32,000 nt of DNA from Candidatus Nanohalobium constans (GCF_009617975.1 NZ_CP040089.1:570001-602000); one strand, 5' to 3'; shown: positions 7,871-17,174, counted from the first letter of the stretch. A program made the numbers and translations. Notes: a model not told the origin generated them from the sequence alone.

Positions 7871-9229
7871 ATGAGAGAGTTTGATGTAATCGTAATCGGT
7901 TCCGGTTCCGGACTAGATGTAGCCTCAGCGTACACAGGCAGAGGAAAAGAAGTAGCAGTCATTGAACCAGGACCACTCGGAGGAACATGCCTCGACCGCG
8001 GATGCATACCCAGTAAGATGCTGATACATCATGCAGATATTGTCAAAAACATCAAAGAATCCGAGGACTTCCACATTGACTCCAAAATAAACAATGTCAA
8101 CTTCCAGAAAATAATCGAAGAAGTTAACAACGAAGTAACCGAAGATTCAAACAATATAGAGGAAGCACTGGAAGCCAGCGACAAACACACGCTCTACAGA
8201 GAAGAAGCCCGATTTACAGACGAAAAAGTACTAGAAGTAGAAGACGAGAAGATCACTGCGGAAAAAATAATCGTGGCCGCAGGCTCCAGACCAATGACCC
8301 CTCCTATAGAAGGTTTAGATGAATTAGACTACCTGACAAGCAAGGATGCATTGAAGCTGAACTACTGTCCGAAAGAAATAGTGATGATCGGCGGAGGATA
8401 CATCTCACTCGAACTAGCTTATTTCTACAGCAGCATGGGATCAGAAGTAACAATACTGGAGATGGGAGAAAAACTCCTGAAGAGAGAAGACCGAGAAATA
8501 TCCAAGAAAATAACAGAGCTAGCCGAAGAAAAATACAATGTCCACACAGAGTTCTCCGCAAAAAAGGTGGAGAAAGCAGCTGGAAGAAAAACAGTGATTG
8601 CGGAAAACAAAGACGGAGTAGAGCACAGATTCAAAGCAGACGAAGTACTAGTCGCAACCGGAAGAGTACCGAATACCGACAAACTCGAAGTAAAGAACGC
8701 AGGATTGGAAAAAGATGAAAGAGGATTCCTAGAAGTCGACGAATACCTGGAAACCAATGTTGACGGAATATACGCACTTGGAGATATAGCAGGGAACTAC
8801 ATGTTTAAGCATTCTGCGAACTTGGAAGCCGAACATGTCTTCAAGAACAGTCACGCAGGCAACAAATATCCTGTAGACTATACTGCGATGCCGCACGCCG
8901 TCTTCACAGATCCCCAAATCGCTGGAGTCGGAAAAACAGAGCAAGAACTCGAGGAAGAAAATGAAAAATTCGTATCAGTAACCTACGACTACTCAGACAC
9001 CGGCATGGGCATGGCACTGAAGGAAGAAGATGGATTCGTTAAGGTTTTAGCTGCTCCTGACGGAGAAATCCTCGGCTGCCATATCATAGGACCAGAAGCC
9101 TCTACACTCATTCATGAAGTACTGGTAGCGATGAAATCCGGCAACAAAAATGTGAAAGATATCAAGGACACAGTTCACATTCATCCTGCCTTGAATGAGG
9201 TTGTGCAGAGAGCCTTCAACACGATATAG
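7871..9229 (+). CDS. Class I pyridine nucleotide-disulfide oxidoreductase (dihydrolipoyl dehydrogenase / LMW-thiol disulfide reductase family)
   Basis: FAD fold VIVIGSGSG, redox-active GGTCLDRGCIPSK, NAD fold MIGGGYISLE, C-terminal interface HIHPALNEV. Confidence 0.85.
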   Translation: MREFDVIVIGSGSGLDVASAYTGRGKEVAVIEPGPLGGTCLDRGCIPSKMLIHHADIVKNIKESEDFHIDSKINNVNFQKIIEEVNNEVTEDSNNIEEALEASDKHTLYREEARFTDEKVLEVEDEKITAEKIIVAAGSRPMTPPIEGLDELDYLTSKDALKLNYCPKEIVMIGGGYISLELAYFYSSMGSEVTILEMGEKLLKREDREISKKITELAEEKYNVHTEFSAKKVEKAAGRKTVIAENKDGVEHRFKADEVLVATGRVPNTDKLEVKNAGLEKDERGFLEVDEYLETNVDGIYALGDIAGNYMFKHSANLEAEHVFKNSHAGNKYPVDYTAMPHAVFTDPQIAGVGKTEQELEEENEKFVSVTYDYSDTGMGMALKEEDGFVKVLAAPDGEILGCHIIGPEASTLIHEVLVAMKSGNKNVKDIKDTVHIHPALNEVVQRAFNTI

Positions 9230-9303
9230 ACGCTCTCAGCATGAACTTTCCCTAAACATGCCAAAACACAGTTTTTTACATAAGTTCAAGTATAAAATAT
9301 TCC

Positions 9304-10107
9304 GTGAATCGAGAAGTTCTGATTACTGGCGGAAGCGGCACAGTTGCAAGAGCAGCAGGCAAATATTTGACCAGTCAAGGAATCCACGTCATAGGAGTCA
9401 GCAGATCGGTTGGCGAAGATTCAGATTACTTCACAGAAACCCACAAATTAGATTTACTTGACAAAAAAGACTTGACAAAACTACAGAAGATTTTAGAACA
9501 CGTAGACGCAGTTTTCCACTTAGCTTGGAACGTCTCAAAGGAGAACTTCAACACAGGAGAGAAATGGGAAGGAAACATGCAGATGTTTGAAAACGTTATG
9601 CAAGCTGCGGAAAAAGCAGAAGTACCTATATTCATCAACGGTTCTTCAATCCACGCTGGAACAGGCAACATCCCTGCTTACACTGCCGAAACCAGCCTAG
9701 AAAACACTCCAGAACCATACAGAAGCAGCATCGATCCTGAAGATGACTACGACCTGAGAAAAGAAGATCCGGAAAAACTGCTGGATCCAAGAGACAACGA
9801 GCCTGACAGCCCGTACGGAGAATCAAAAGTTGAAACCGAGAGAAAAATGAGGGAAGCAGTAAAAGAAGAAGAGTTCGAAATCGGAGTAAGCATCAGAATA
9901 GGCGGAGTCAACCCGGAAGATAGGGACCACCTGGAAGGCGAGCCGTACTACTCAAGCCTATACTGGAGCCATAAAGACCTAGGAAGAACACTGGAGCACA
10001 TAGTAAAAGCAGACATCGAAGAAAAGAAGGGCTACCACCAGTTCTACGGAGTATCAGACAACAAAGGCAGAATCTTCAATATAGAAAACAGCTTCATAGG
10101 CAGATAA
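9304..10107 (+). CDS. NAD-dependent epimerase/dehydratase (extended SDR) family protein
   Basis: Rossmann motif ITGGSGTVARAAG, catalytic YxxxK (SPYGESK). GTG start with GTATAAAAT about 25 nt upstream. Confidence 0.7.
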   Translation: MNREVLITGGSGTVARAAGKYLTSQGIHVIGVSRSVGEDSDYFTETHKLDLLDKKDLTKLQKILEHVDAVFHLAWNVSKENFNTGEKWEGNMQMFENVMQAAEKAEVPIFINGSSIHAGTGNIPAYTAETSLENTPEPYRSSIDPEDDYDLRKEDPEKLLDPRDNEPDSPYGESKVETERKMREAVKEEEFEIGVSIRIGGVNPEDRDHLEGEPYYSSLYWSHKDLGRTLEHIVKADIEEKKGYHQFYGVSDNKGRIFNIENSFIGR

Positions 10108-10233
10108 AAAACCCCAACACAACCAGAAAAGAGCCCAGAAACAGCACCAAATTCCACAGACAAAACTGCTATTTTTTGTTCTTTCCTTAAGGTAAGCACC
10201 CGAATAAAAACACGCAGAAAACAATAACTCATC

Positions 10234-10500
10234 ATGACACTTTACGAGTTCTTTGGCGACGGATGCCCACACTGCGAAAAGATGGCGCCGAAAGTCGACC
10301 AGTTGGAAGAAGAGGAAGATGTAGAAGTTGAACAACTGGAAGTCTGGAACAATCAGGAGAACGCCGAGAAGCAGAAAGAACTGGATGATGGAAAATGCGG
10401 CGGAGTACCGTTCTTCTACAACACAGAATCAGAGGAATGGATCTGCGGCGAGACCGAGCTGGATACATTGAAAGACTGGGCAGACAGCAGAGAGGTCTAA
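10234..10500 (+). CDS. Thioredoxin/glutaredoxin-like small redox protein
   Basis: CPHC active site (GDGCPHCEKMAP) and a cis-Pro region GVPFF. 88 aa. Confidence 0.75.
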   Translation: MTLYEFFGDGCPHCEKMAPKVDQLEEEEDVEVEQLEVWNNQENAEKQKELDDGKCGGVPFFYNTESEEWICGETELDTLKDWADSREV

Positions 10501-10574
10501 AAAGCAGACAGGACCTGCACCCACTTGCGTTGAAAGAAGGGATTTTTAATTAGGTTTGAACTTATTAGTGGTTA

Positions 10575-13271
10575 ATGAGCTGGCACAGCGATACTAAGGA
10601 AGAAGTCTTCTCCAATCTTGATACAACTGAAGACGGATTAAGTTCTGACGAAACTGAAGACCGCCTGAAGGAATACGGAGAGAACAGGATAGAAGACAAT
10701 GACTCTACTTCGATGCTGGATATCTTCATCAGCCAGTTTCAGGACAACCTGATCTATCTTTTGATGGCAGCAGGACTTCTAACAGTTCTCGTAGGTTTTC
10801 TACCAGGACATGAAGCCAATCTGACCGAGACAGCTATAATTTTTGCCATACTTTTCGCCAACGGCATATTTGGTTTTATACAGGATTACAGAGCTGAAAA
10901 GTCGATCGAAGCATTAAAAGAGATGTCAACACCCAATACAACAGTACTGAGAGACGGTAAAAAACTTGAACTCGATTCCACCAAGGTCGTTCCCGGCGAT
11001 ATTGTTTTCCTTGAGCAAGGCGATGCTGTACCAGCAGATGGGAGAATCCTAGAAGCAGAATCCCTTAGCACAGACGAATCAGCATTGACAGGTGAAAGCC
11101 AGAACATCAGTAAGTCACCTGGAACGGTTGAAGAAGACTCTCCTATCGCAGAGAGAACAAACATGGCGTTCAAAAACACTCATGTAGTGAAAGGAAGAGG
11201 AAAAATGATTGTAACCGATACAGGAATGGATACAGAAGTAGGAAACATCGCCGAAGAAATAGAAGAGGCAGAGCAAGGTCAGACGCCTTTCCAAGAAGAA
11301 GTAGATGCACTGGGGAAGAGAATAGGTTACCTTGTAGTCGGAATTGTGGCTGTCGTTGCACTTATACAGGCATTCCTGACTGGAGCAGGACCAATGACAG
11401 TACTACTTCTCGCAATCGGTCTTTCGGTCGCAGCAATACCCGAATCACTTCCAGCCATCGTAACACTGACACTATCCCTAGGATCCAAAAAACTGTTGAA
11501 GAAAGATGCACTAGTTCGAAGACTGCCGGTTGTCGAGGCACTAGGATCAGTAGACCACATCGTAACCGACAAGACAGGAACATTGACGGAGGGAACAATG
11601 ACAGTAGAGAAACTTTACTTCCAAGAAGAGGAGTTCGATGTAACAGGAAAAGGAACCAGTAAAGAAGGTATATTCATGAGAGACGGCCACGAAACAGATT
11701 CAGAGTATCTGAAGCCGCTGCTTGAATGTGGAATGATCTGCAACAATGCAGAGGAAGCTGAGGCAGATCCGGATCTCGACTTTAGAGGAGAGCCAACCGA
11801 AGTCGCACTACTTGTATCAGCGATGAAGGCAGGACTGGAAAACGATAAGGAAAGAAAAAGAGCCATACCGTTCTCCTCAGACAGAAAACGGATGACAGTC
11901 GTCACGGAGGACGACAACGCCTACATGAAAGGCGCTCCAGAAACAGTACTAGATAGATGCAACAGAATACTGATCGACGGAGAAGAGAAAGAGCTTACAG
12001 AGGAGAAAAAGCAGGAACTACTTGATAAGAACGACCGGTTCGCCAAAGATGCATTGAGAGTTCTGGGATTCGCACGGAAGGAAGTAAGTGAACCCGAAGC
12101 AGATGAAGAAGAGATTGAATCCGACATGGTATTCCTTGGCCTACAAGGGATGATCGACCCAGCCCGTGAGGAAGTCGAAGGCGCTGTCGAGGACTGTAGA
12201 ACCGCTGGTATCGGAGTAGTCATGGCGACAGGAGACAACATCGAGACTGCCAAGGCGATCGGAAAAGAGCTTGGTTTCGATCCTGAAGGAGCTCTGACCG
12301 GCCAGGAAATAGAGGAGATGAGTGAAGAAGAACTTGAAGATAAAGTTACAGAGGTGGAAATCTTCGCCCGTGTCTCCCCCGAACACAAGGTCAAGATCTC
12401 AAAGGCTCTTCAGAACCAGGGCTACAATGTCGCGATGACCGGTGACGGAGTAAACGATGCCCCAGCTTTGAAGAACTCGGATGTCGGTATTGCGATGGGT
12501 CAGAGAGGTACAGATGTCGCGAAGAAGTCAAGTGACATGGTTTTGCAGGACGATAACTTTGTTACGATTAGAGACGCTATTTCTGAGGGTCGTCACATCT
12601 TTGACAATATCAGGAAGGTTACTAACCAGCTTCTATCCACCAACTCAGGAGAGGTAATGTTTGTGTTCCTTGGCACTCTTATCGGTGGATTCCTGTTCCC
12701 TGAACAGTTCAATACTTCCGAGTCAGTTGTTCTGACAGCCGTAATGATTCTCTGGGTTAACTTCGCCAGCGATGGTCCGCCAGCGATTGCCCTGGGCGAG
12801 GACCCGAAGGTCAAAGGTATAATGGAGCGCCCGCCGAGAGGCAGGGACGAACCTATCATAGACAAGAAAATCCTGTCAATGATAGCCTTCACAGGACCGG
12901 TTGCAGCCCTAATCTGTCTGCCACTGTTCTTCATGAACATCGGAAACTTTGTCATGGCGCAGACGATGCTGTTCATGGCACTGGCATTCTTCGAACTACT
13001 GATGTTCCCAATCATCCGAAGAGACTACGGTCTCAACCTCAGCGACAACAAGTACCTAGTAGCAATGATAGGACTCTCAATCGCCAGTCACCTAGCCGTA
13101 CTCTACACACCACTAGCCGACCTATTCAATGTGGTGCCGCTCACACTACAGCAGTGGGGATACATAGCAGCAAGCCTAGGAGTATTCGTAATAGTAGAAG
13201 TACTATTCAGAAGAATGCTCTCCAGAAAATACGGCGACCGGATAGGCGACTTCAAAGAATTCCACGGATAA
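10575..13271 (+). CDS. P-type cation-transporting ATPase (P2-type, Ca2+/Na+-like)
   Basis: TGES, TM4 IPESLP, phosphorylation site DKTGTLT, TGDN, hinge MTGDGVNDAPAL. 898 aa. Confidence 0.95.
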   Translation: MSWHSDTKEEVFSNLDTTEDGLSSDETEDRLKEYGENRIEDNDSTSMLDIFISQFQDNLIYLLMAAGLLTVLVGFLPGHEANLTETAIIFAILFANGIFGFIQDYRAEKSIEALKEMSTPNTTVLRDGKKLELDSTKVVPGDIVFLEQGDAVPADGRILEAESLSTDESALTGESQNISKSPGTVEEDSPIAERTNMAFKNTHVVKGRGKMIVTDTGMDTEVGNIAEEIEEAEQGQTPFQEEVDALGKRIGYLVVGIVAVVALIQAFLTGAGPMTVLLLAIGLSVAAIPESLPAIVTLTLSLGSKKLLKKDALVRRLPVVEALGSVDHIVTDKTGTLTEGTMTVEKLYFQEEEFDVTGKGTSKEGIFMRDGHETDSEYLKPLLECGMICNNAEEAEADPDLDFRGEPTEVALLVSAMKAGLENDKERKRAIPFSSDRKRMTVVTEDDNAYMKGAPETVLDRCNRILIDGEEKELTEEKKQELLDKNDRFAKDALRVLGFARKEVSEPEADEEEIESDMVFLGLQGMIDPAREEVEGAVEDCRTAGIGVVMATGDNIETAKAIGKELGFDPEGALTGQEIEEMSEEELEDKVTEVEIFARVSPEHKVKISKALQNQGYNVAMTGDGVNDAPALKNSDVGIAMGQRGTDVAKKSSDMVLQDDNFVTIRDAISEGRHIFDNIRKVTNQLLSTNSGEVMFVFLGTLIGGFLFPEQFNTSESVVLTAVMILWVNFASDGPPAIALGEDPKVKGIMERPPRGRDEPIIDKKILSMIAFTGPVAALICLPLFFMNIGNFVMAQTMLFMALAFFELLMFPIIRRDYGLNLSDNKYLVAMIGLSIASHLAVLYTPLADLFNVVPLTLQQWGYIAASLGVFVIVEVLFRRMLSRKYGDRIGDFKEFHG

Positions 13272-13293
13272 TTCCTCCTTTCTCTCTTTCCTT
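13272..13293 (+). terminator. Pure polypyrimidine tract directly after the ATPase stop codon
   Basis: 22 consecutive C/T (TTCCTCCTTTCTCTCTTTCCTT) starting at the base after the TAA. A hairpin AACAAG-N11-CTTGTT and TTTTTT follow at 13328-13364. Confidence 0.4.
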
Positions 13294-13840
13294 AACTTCT
13301 ATGTGGTCGAGAGAACTCCTAACTAAAACAAGTGTAGAAAACTCTTGTTCTCAGAAACTTTTTTAAATGCCAGATCACAATGTTGGTATATGACTCACAT
13401 GAGCCACCTTCGCGGATTTGCAGTGGACTCTGTGAGTTGCAAGTATATCTTCTCGACTAATATCTCCAATCTGTTTACCGTGTATATGTGATACATGGTG
13501 AGTAGGTTGGGCTTCCTTGCCTGGTTCTCAACTCAGGGAACAGGAAAGAAAGGAACCCGATCGAAAAAACTCGGACATATTTTGCCTCCAGGTCGAAGCT
13601 ACGCAGATTGGAAAACCAGCTACCAAACAAACAACGACACCTCAACAAAAACAAAGAATACCAAACAACGAAAAAGTCGAGAAGATTCGCTTCCAACACC
13701 CAGAACTCCACCAAAAAACAAAAACAGCTGCCGAAAAACCAGTTCACAACCCAAAAACACGAGGTCAGATAAACCAGAAAGAACCTTCGCATAGAGCCTA
13801 AGCCGAATAGGTTTTATTTCGATTTCCCTTTTTATCCTTC

Positions 13841-14233
13841 TTATTTTTCGAGATGTGAAATATTTTCTATCAATGAGTAAGTTCCTTTTGCACCTAGTGC
13901 AGCTCCTATACCAGTTAAGAAAGAATCGCTATATCTGAAGCCAGCGAAGGTTATGCCTAAACCTGCAGCTACTTCTAAACAATTTCTATACACTGCATAA
14001 CCATTAAATTTCTCAGTAGACTCCTGAAAAAATTCTTCATTTACATTAGACCAGTTAACAGAATCTCCAGGGACATAGAGCCCATCTTCCTTGATAACCG
14101 CTTCGTCATGGTTGTCTAACACGTCATCTACCGACTCATAGAGTTCAGTGGCGTCAAAATAGTCTGGTGGAACATCTTCAGACAAAACCTCAGGTTCAAG
14201 ATATTCACCGATCCTATCTGTTGAAAACATCAC
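13841..14233 (-). CDS. Hypothetical protein with acidic N-terminal half and glycine-zipper C-terminal half
   Basis: 130-aa ATG ORF, 39 nt downstream of the SPFH gene on the same strand. C-terminus AAGLGITFAGF...GIGAALGAKG. Confidence 0.55.
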   Translation of the reverse strand: MMFSTDRIGEYLEPEVLSEDVPPDYFDATELYESVDDVLDNHDEAVIKEDGLYVPGDSVNWSNVNEEFFQESTEKFNGYAVYRNCLEVAAGLGITFAGFRYSDSFLTGIGAALGAKGTYSLIENISHLEK

Positions 14234-14272
14234 AAGTTAGAGATAACAGGAAGAAAAAAATTTAAACAGAAA

Positions 14273-15100
14273 CTACCGGATATCAATATCCCCGTCCTTC
14301 AAGTTCTCAGCCACATCACCGATATCATACTCGGAAAGATCAAGATCTGAAACATTATCTAGAATCTCCTTCAGACCGGTCTCTGATTCTCCCGAACTCA
14401 TGCCCCCAATCAGTTCTGTTGGGAATGTTACGATGGTGGAGTTTTCGGCTGCGACACTGTCTAGTGTTTGTAGTGTTCTCATTCTGTAGCCTTTGTCACC
14501 TATTATTTCGGAGGCTTGGCGGAGTTTGACAGCGGCTTCCAGTTCTCCCTGAGCATTGGTTCGCCGGGCACGTCTATCTCTCTCAGCCTCTGCCTGTGCG
14601 GCCATAGCCCTCTCCATCTTTTCAGGCAGGTTAATGTTCTGAATCTCCACATCAAGGACATTAACACCGAACGAATCCGTCTTATCATCCAGCTGTTGCT
14701 GAATCTCATCACCAATCTCATCCCGTCTCTGCAAGAGATCGTCTAACTCCTTCTTACCGACCTGATCCCTCAAGATAGAGGTAGCGTAGTTCAAAGTCTG
14801 TCTCTTGTAGTCTCCGACATTGACTATAGCATCTTTGACATCTTCTGTATTATCCTTTACTTCGAAGAATACTACTCCATCGACTTCAACAGGAACGTTG
14901 TCTCTAGTGATCGCTTCCTGCTTCATCACGTCGACAGAGTCCTCATAGACAGGTACTGTCACTGGTTTCTCTATAAACGGTATTTTGAAGTGGATACCTG
15001 AACTTCTGCTTCTTGTGTATGATCCGAATCTTAGTACGATGCTTCTCTCCCATTCATCATTCATGAAAAACGGGAAAGGACCGGAGATAGAGAAACCCAT
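14273..15100 (-). CDS. SPFH/band-7 (stomatin/prohibitin-like) protein
   Basis: ERSIVLRFG...GIHFKIPFIEK...ITRDNVPVEVDGVVFF... plus the A/E/R-rich coiled-coil MAAQAEAERDRRARR. No N-terminal hydrophobic anchor. Confidence 0.9.
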   Translation of the reverse strand: MGFSISGPFPFFMNDEWERSIVLRFGSYTRSRSSGIHFKIPFIEKPVTVPVYEDSVDVMKQEAITRDNVPVEVDGVVFFEVKDNTEDVKDAIVNVGDYKRQTLNYATSILRDQVGKKELDDLLQRRDEIGDEIQQQLDDKTDSFGVNVLDVEIQNINLPEKMERAMAAQAEAERDRRARRTNAQGELEAAVKLRQASEIIGDKGYRMRTLQTLDSVAAENSTIVTFPTELIGGMSSGESETGLKEILDNVSDLDLSEYDIGDVAENLKDGDIDIR

Positions 15101-15238
15101 GTTAATTCACCTGATAAACAAATAGAACTCCACAGACTTAATCATTTCGACTCCAGACCAAAGATTTCCTCAACTACAACACCATAATGGATAGATGAGG
15201 GAAAAAGAAAAATCGGAGGGGAAGACTTTTTCCGAGGT

Positions 15239-15535
15239 TTAATTGTAATCTCTAGCACCAACTATCATTCTGAGAATCAGGAGTACAACTGCTGCAGTGT
15301 AGATGTACCAGTAAATTTTGCTCTGGAACTGCGAATACTCTATCAGACCTATAACAATTGTTAGAGATGCAACATAGACTGCATTAAGCCCTATAAAATT
15401 TGACAATCCTTCTTCGTCACTGATTTTCTCTAAGTCAAATCCTGCGATAAGAGAAGTAGCTCCTCTGTAGCGTATAAGGATTCCAAGTGCTGCAATGAAT
15501 AAGCCTGCTGCGAGTGTAGTCATTACGGCTTGCAT
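15239..15535 (-). CDS. Small 3-TM membrane protein, DUF3784-like
   Basis: TM, then LIAGFDLEKISDEEGLSNF, then 2 TM. Resembles the DUF3784 pattern (LIAGYN...) as I remember it. Lies 5 nt downstream of the XRE gene. Confidence 0.6.
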   Translation of the reverse strand: MQAVMTTLAAGLFIAALGILIRYRGATSLIAGFDLEKISDEEGLSNFIGLNAVYVASLTIVIGLIEYSQFQSKIYWYIYTAAVVLLILRMIVGARDYN

Positions 15536-15540
15536 AGTAT

Positions 15541-15744
15541 CTATCCTCTTTTTAGTTTGAATATTTTTTCCACATCAGTACTGAAAAAATCACTGATTTT
15601 AAGAGCCAGCTCTAAACTAGGATCATATTTCCCTGTCTCTATAGCATTTATTGTCTGACGGGATACACCTACTTCTTCCGCCAATTCAGCCTGCGTAATA
15701 TCTTCTTTTTTCCGGAACTTTTTCATCTGGTTTTCTATCTTCAT
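15541..15744 (-). CDS. XRE-family helix-turn-helix transcriptional regulator (67 aa)
   Basis: ITQAELAEEVGVSRQTINAIETGKYDPSLELALKISDFF is a canonical Cro/C1-type HTH. Confidence 0.9.
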   Translation of the reverse strand: MKIENQMKKFRKKEDITQAELAEEVGVSRQTINAIETGKYDPSLELALKISDFFSTDVEKIFKLKRG

Positions 15745-15756
15745 ACTCTCTTAATC

Positions 15757-15993
15757 TTACCTCAAGCTTGATAGACTTAGACTGTTTTTTACGCCTTTCC
15801 TTCTGTAATACAGTACCGATACAACATAAGCAGTTAATACTCCTAGAAAGCTGTACATCAGACCTGAGTCGATCTCCCCTGTAGTATAGAGTCTGTGTAA
15901 GAGGAAGACTGATGAAAGCAGTACTGCGACAAGCATTGCATTCCTTCCGCTTTCCGCGTGAATTATTCTCTGGCGTTCATCTTCATCCTTCAT
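15757..15993 (-). CDS. DER-motif membrane protein, short paralog (DUF2178-like)
   Basis: Start moved to the ATG at 15993, which forms an ATGA overlap with the upstream stop. MKDEDERQRIIHAESGRN followed by 2 TM helices. Confidence 0.6.
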   Translation of the reverse strand: MKDEDERQRIIHAESGRNAMLVAVLLSSVFLLHRLYTTGEIDSGLMYSFLGVLTAYVVSVLYYRRKGVKNSLSLSSLR

Positions 15994-16373
15994 TTTCCAT
16001 CGCCTCCGAACTGCTGGTACAGCAGGTTTAATGAGATATACATGACAAAGGTCCATATGCCAAACTCGAGCACACCAGTGACTGCTTCAGCATTTACAAC
16101 GGCATTAGTTCCGAGCATAAATACTGTAACCAGTGTAGCTGTAATATAGGACCAAGCCATTCCCTTTGTTAACAACTCTTCCTTTCTCTCATCTATTACA
16201 GGGGTTTCACGGTTAATACTCCATATGTTCTCTCCCAGAACTATTAAGGCAGATAGAGAGGAGATATAGAGAAGGTTCTGTCCGAGTAAACCATCGATTG
16301 CGAAGGAAACTGCGGAAAAATAGACAAAAATTAAGGCATTCATCCGCATCGAAAGCAGATTATCCCAATTCAT
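15990..16373 (-). CDS. DER-motif membrane protein paralog (DUF2178-like)
   Basis: 2 TM, then PVIDERKEELLTKGMAWSY, then 2 TM. ATGA overlaps at both ends. Confidence 0.7.
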   Translation of the reverse strand: MNWDNLLSMRMNALIFVYFSAVSFAIDGLLGQNLLYISSLSALIVLGENIWSINRETPVIDERKEELLTKGMAWSYITATLVTVFMLGTNAVVNAEAVTGVLEFGIWTFVMYISLNLLYQQFGGDGK

Positions 16374-16768
16374 CGCGCCATCAATCCTTTCAACCCGCTT
16401 TGACTGATTTCAGCGTACAGCGTTACTGTGAATGCTACTCCAACAGACCACATCAGGATTTCAGTTACAGCTATGTTGAGGGCTGTGCTGGCTTGGACTG
16501 CTGTCAGGACTGCAAATGTTATGAATCCCCAGCTCATACCGCTCTCATAGTTCTGGATGTCTCGTTCATCTGAGGCTGGCTTGCCCATGGATCTACGAAT
16601 CTTCCTACCTGCGATGTTTCCGATCACAACTCCCGAAGGAATCACCAGGTAGTCAAAGGCGTTTCCTGGTTCGTTAAGCAGTACTGTTGTTGCGAATATT
16701 ATTCCTGCTAGCCCGCTTGCGAAAATAAATCCGTACTCTTTAAGCTTGTCTCCAATGTCTTTCGCCAT
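16370..16768 (-). CDS. DER-motif membrane protein paralog (DUF2178-like)
   Basis: 2 TM, then SDERDIQNYESGMSWGF, then 2 TM. ATGA and TAATG overlaps with its neighbours. Confidence 0.7.
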   Translation of the reverse strand: MAKDIGDKLKEYGFIFASGLAGIIFATTVLLNEPGNAFDYLVIPSGVVIGNIAGRKIRRSMGKPASDERDIQNYESGMSWGFITFAVLTAVQASTALNIAVTEILMWSVGVAFTVTLYAEISQSGLKGLMAR

Positions 16769-17163
16769 TATTCTATCACCTTGTATCGTTTCAGTACTTC
16801 AATGACAATTGTTAATCCGATTATAGCACCCCATGAAAGGTAGTACGGTGCTATCCACTCCGGATAACTCCATCTTCCTAGACCCATTCCTATAGAGATA
16901 ACTATCATCACGACTCCAAGGAACGCTCCTGAAAGCATTACAGCTTGATGAGTAGACTCCTCAGCAAGGCTTATATCCCGTTCATCGTAGACAGGTCGAT
17001 CGCTCTGCCTTTTGATTAATGCCATCGTGCCGATGGCTAAAATTATCACTCCTGCTGAAATCAGCTCCATACCAGCACCAAAAGCAGCAACTGATAGAAT
17101 CATGCCTATTAGAAGTACTCCGTGATGTATCTTTTTCGCCTTAGTCCAGTTTCCGAAACTCAT
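16768..17163 (-). CDS. DER-motif membrane protein paralog (DUF2178-like), first gene of the operon
   Basis: 2 TM, then PVYDERDISLAEESTHQAV, then 2 TM. The ATG at 17163 is preferred over the TTG at 17175 given in the ORF track. Confidence 0.7.
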   Translation of the reverse strand: MSFGNWTKAKKIHHGVLLIGMILSVAAFGAGMELISAGVIILAIGTMALIKRQSDRPVYDERDISLAEESTHQAVMLSGAFLGVVMIVISIGMGLGRWSYPEWIAPYYLSWGAIIGLTIVIEVLKRYKVIE

Positions 17164-17174
17164 AATACCACACA

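Noticed and set aside
407-9826. Other antisense or overlapping ORFs from the track (for example 407-841, 986-1183, 2131-2358, 2913-3176, 4313-4525, 5870-6085, 6592-6858, 7284-7517, 8304-8944, 9195-9461, 9426-9826).
   Set aside because: Each is nested in or opposite a longer ORF that has recognisable motifs or consistent acidic composition. Their products are low-complexity or basic.
10886-13015. Series of antisense ORFs (63-157 aa) inside the P-type ATPase gene.
   Set aside because: These are S/P/L-rich shadow ORFs opposite a gene with unmistakable P-type ATPase motifs, with no independent signals.
13475-13792. Minus-strand ORF of 105 aa (F/W/L/C-rich) in the 13.3-13.8 kb region.
   Set aside because: It is a low-complexity product of the G/T-rich antisense strand, with no start context or terminator of matching polarity. 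The region is treated as a finding instead.
15101-15238. The 138-nt gap upstream of the SPFH gene as a possible ncRNA or a lost N-terminal exon of the SPFH protein.
   Set aside because: No convincing structure or motif was seen. An in-frame stop lies 6 nt upstream of the ATG. The purine tract at 15198-15224 is better explained as the terminator region of the preceding minus-strand gene.
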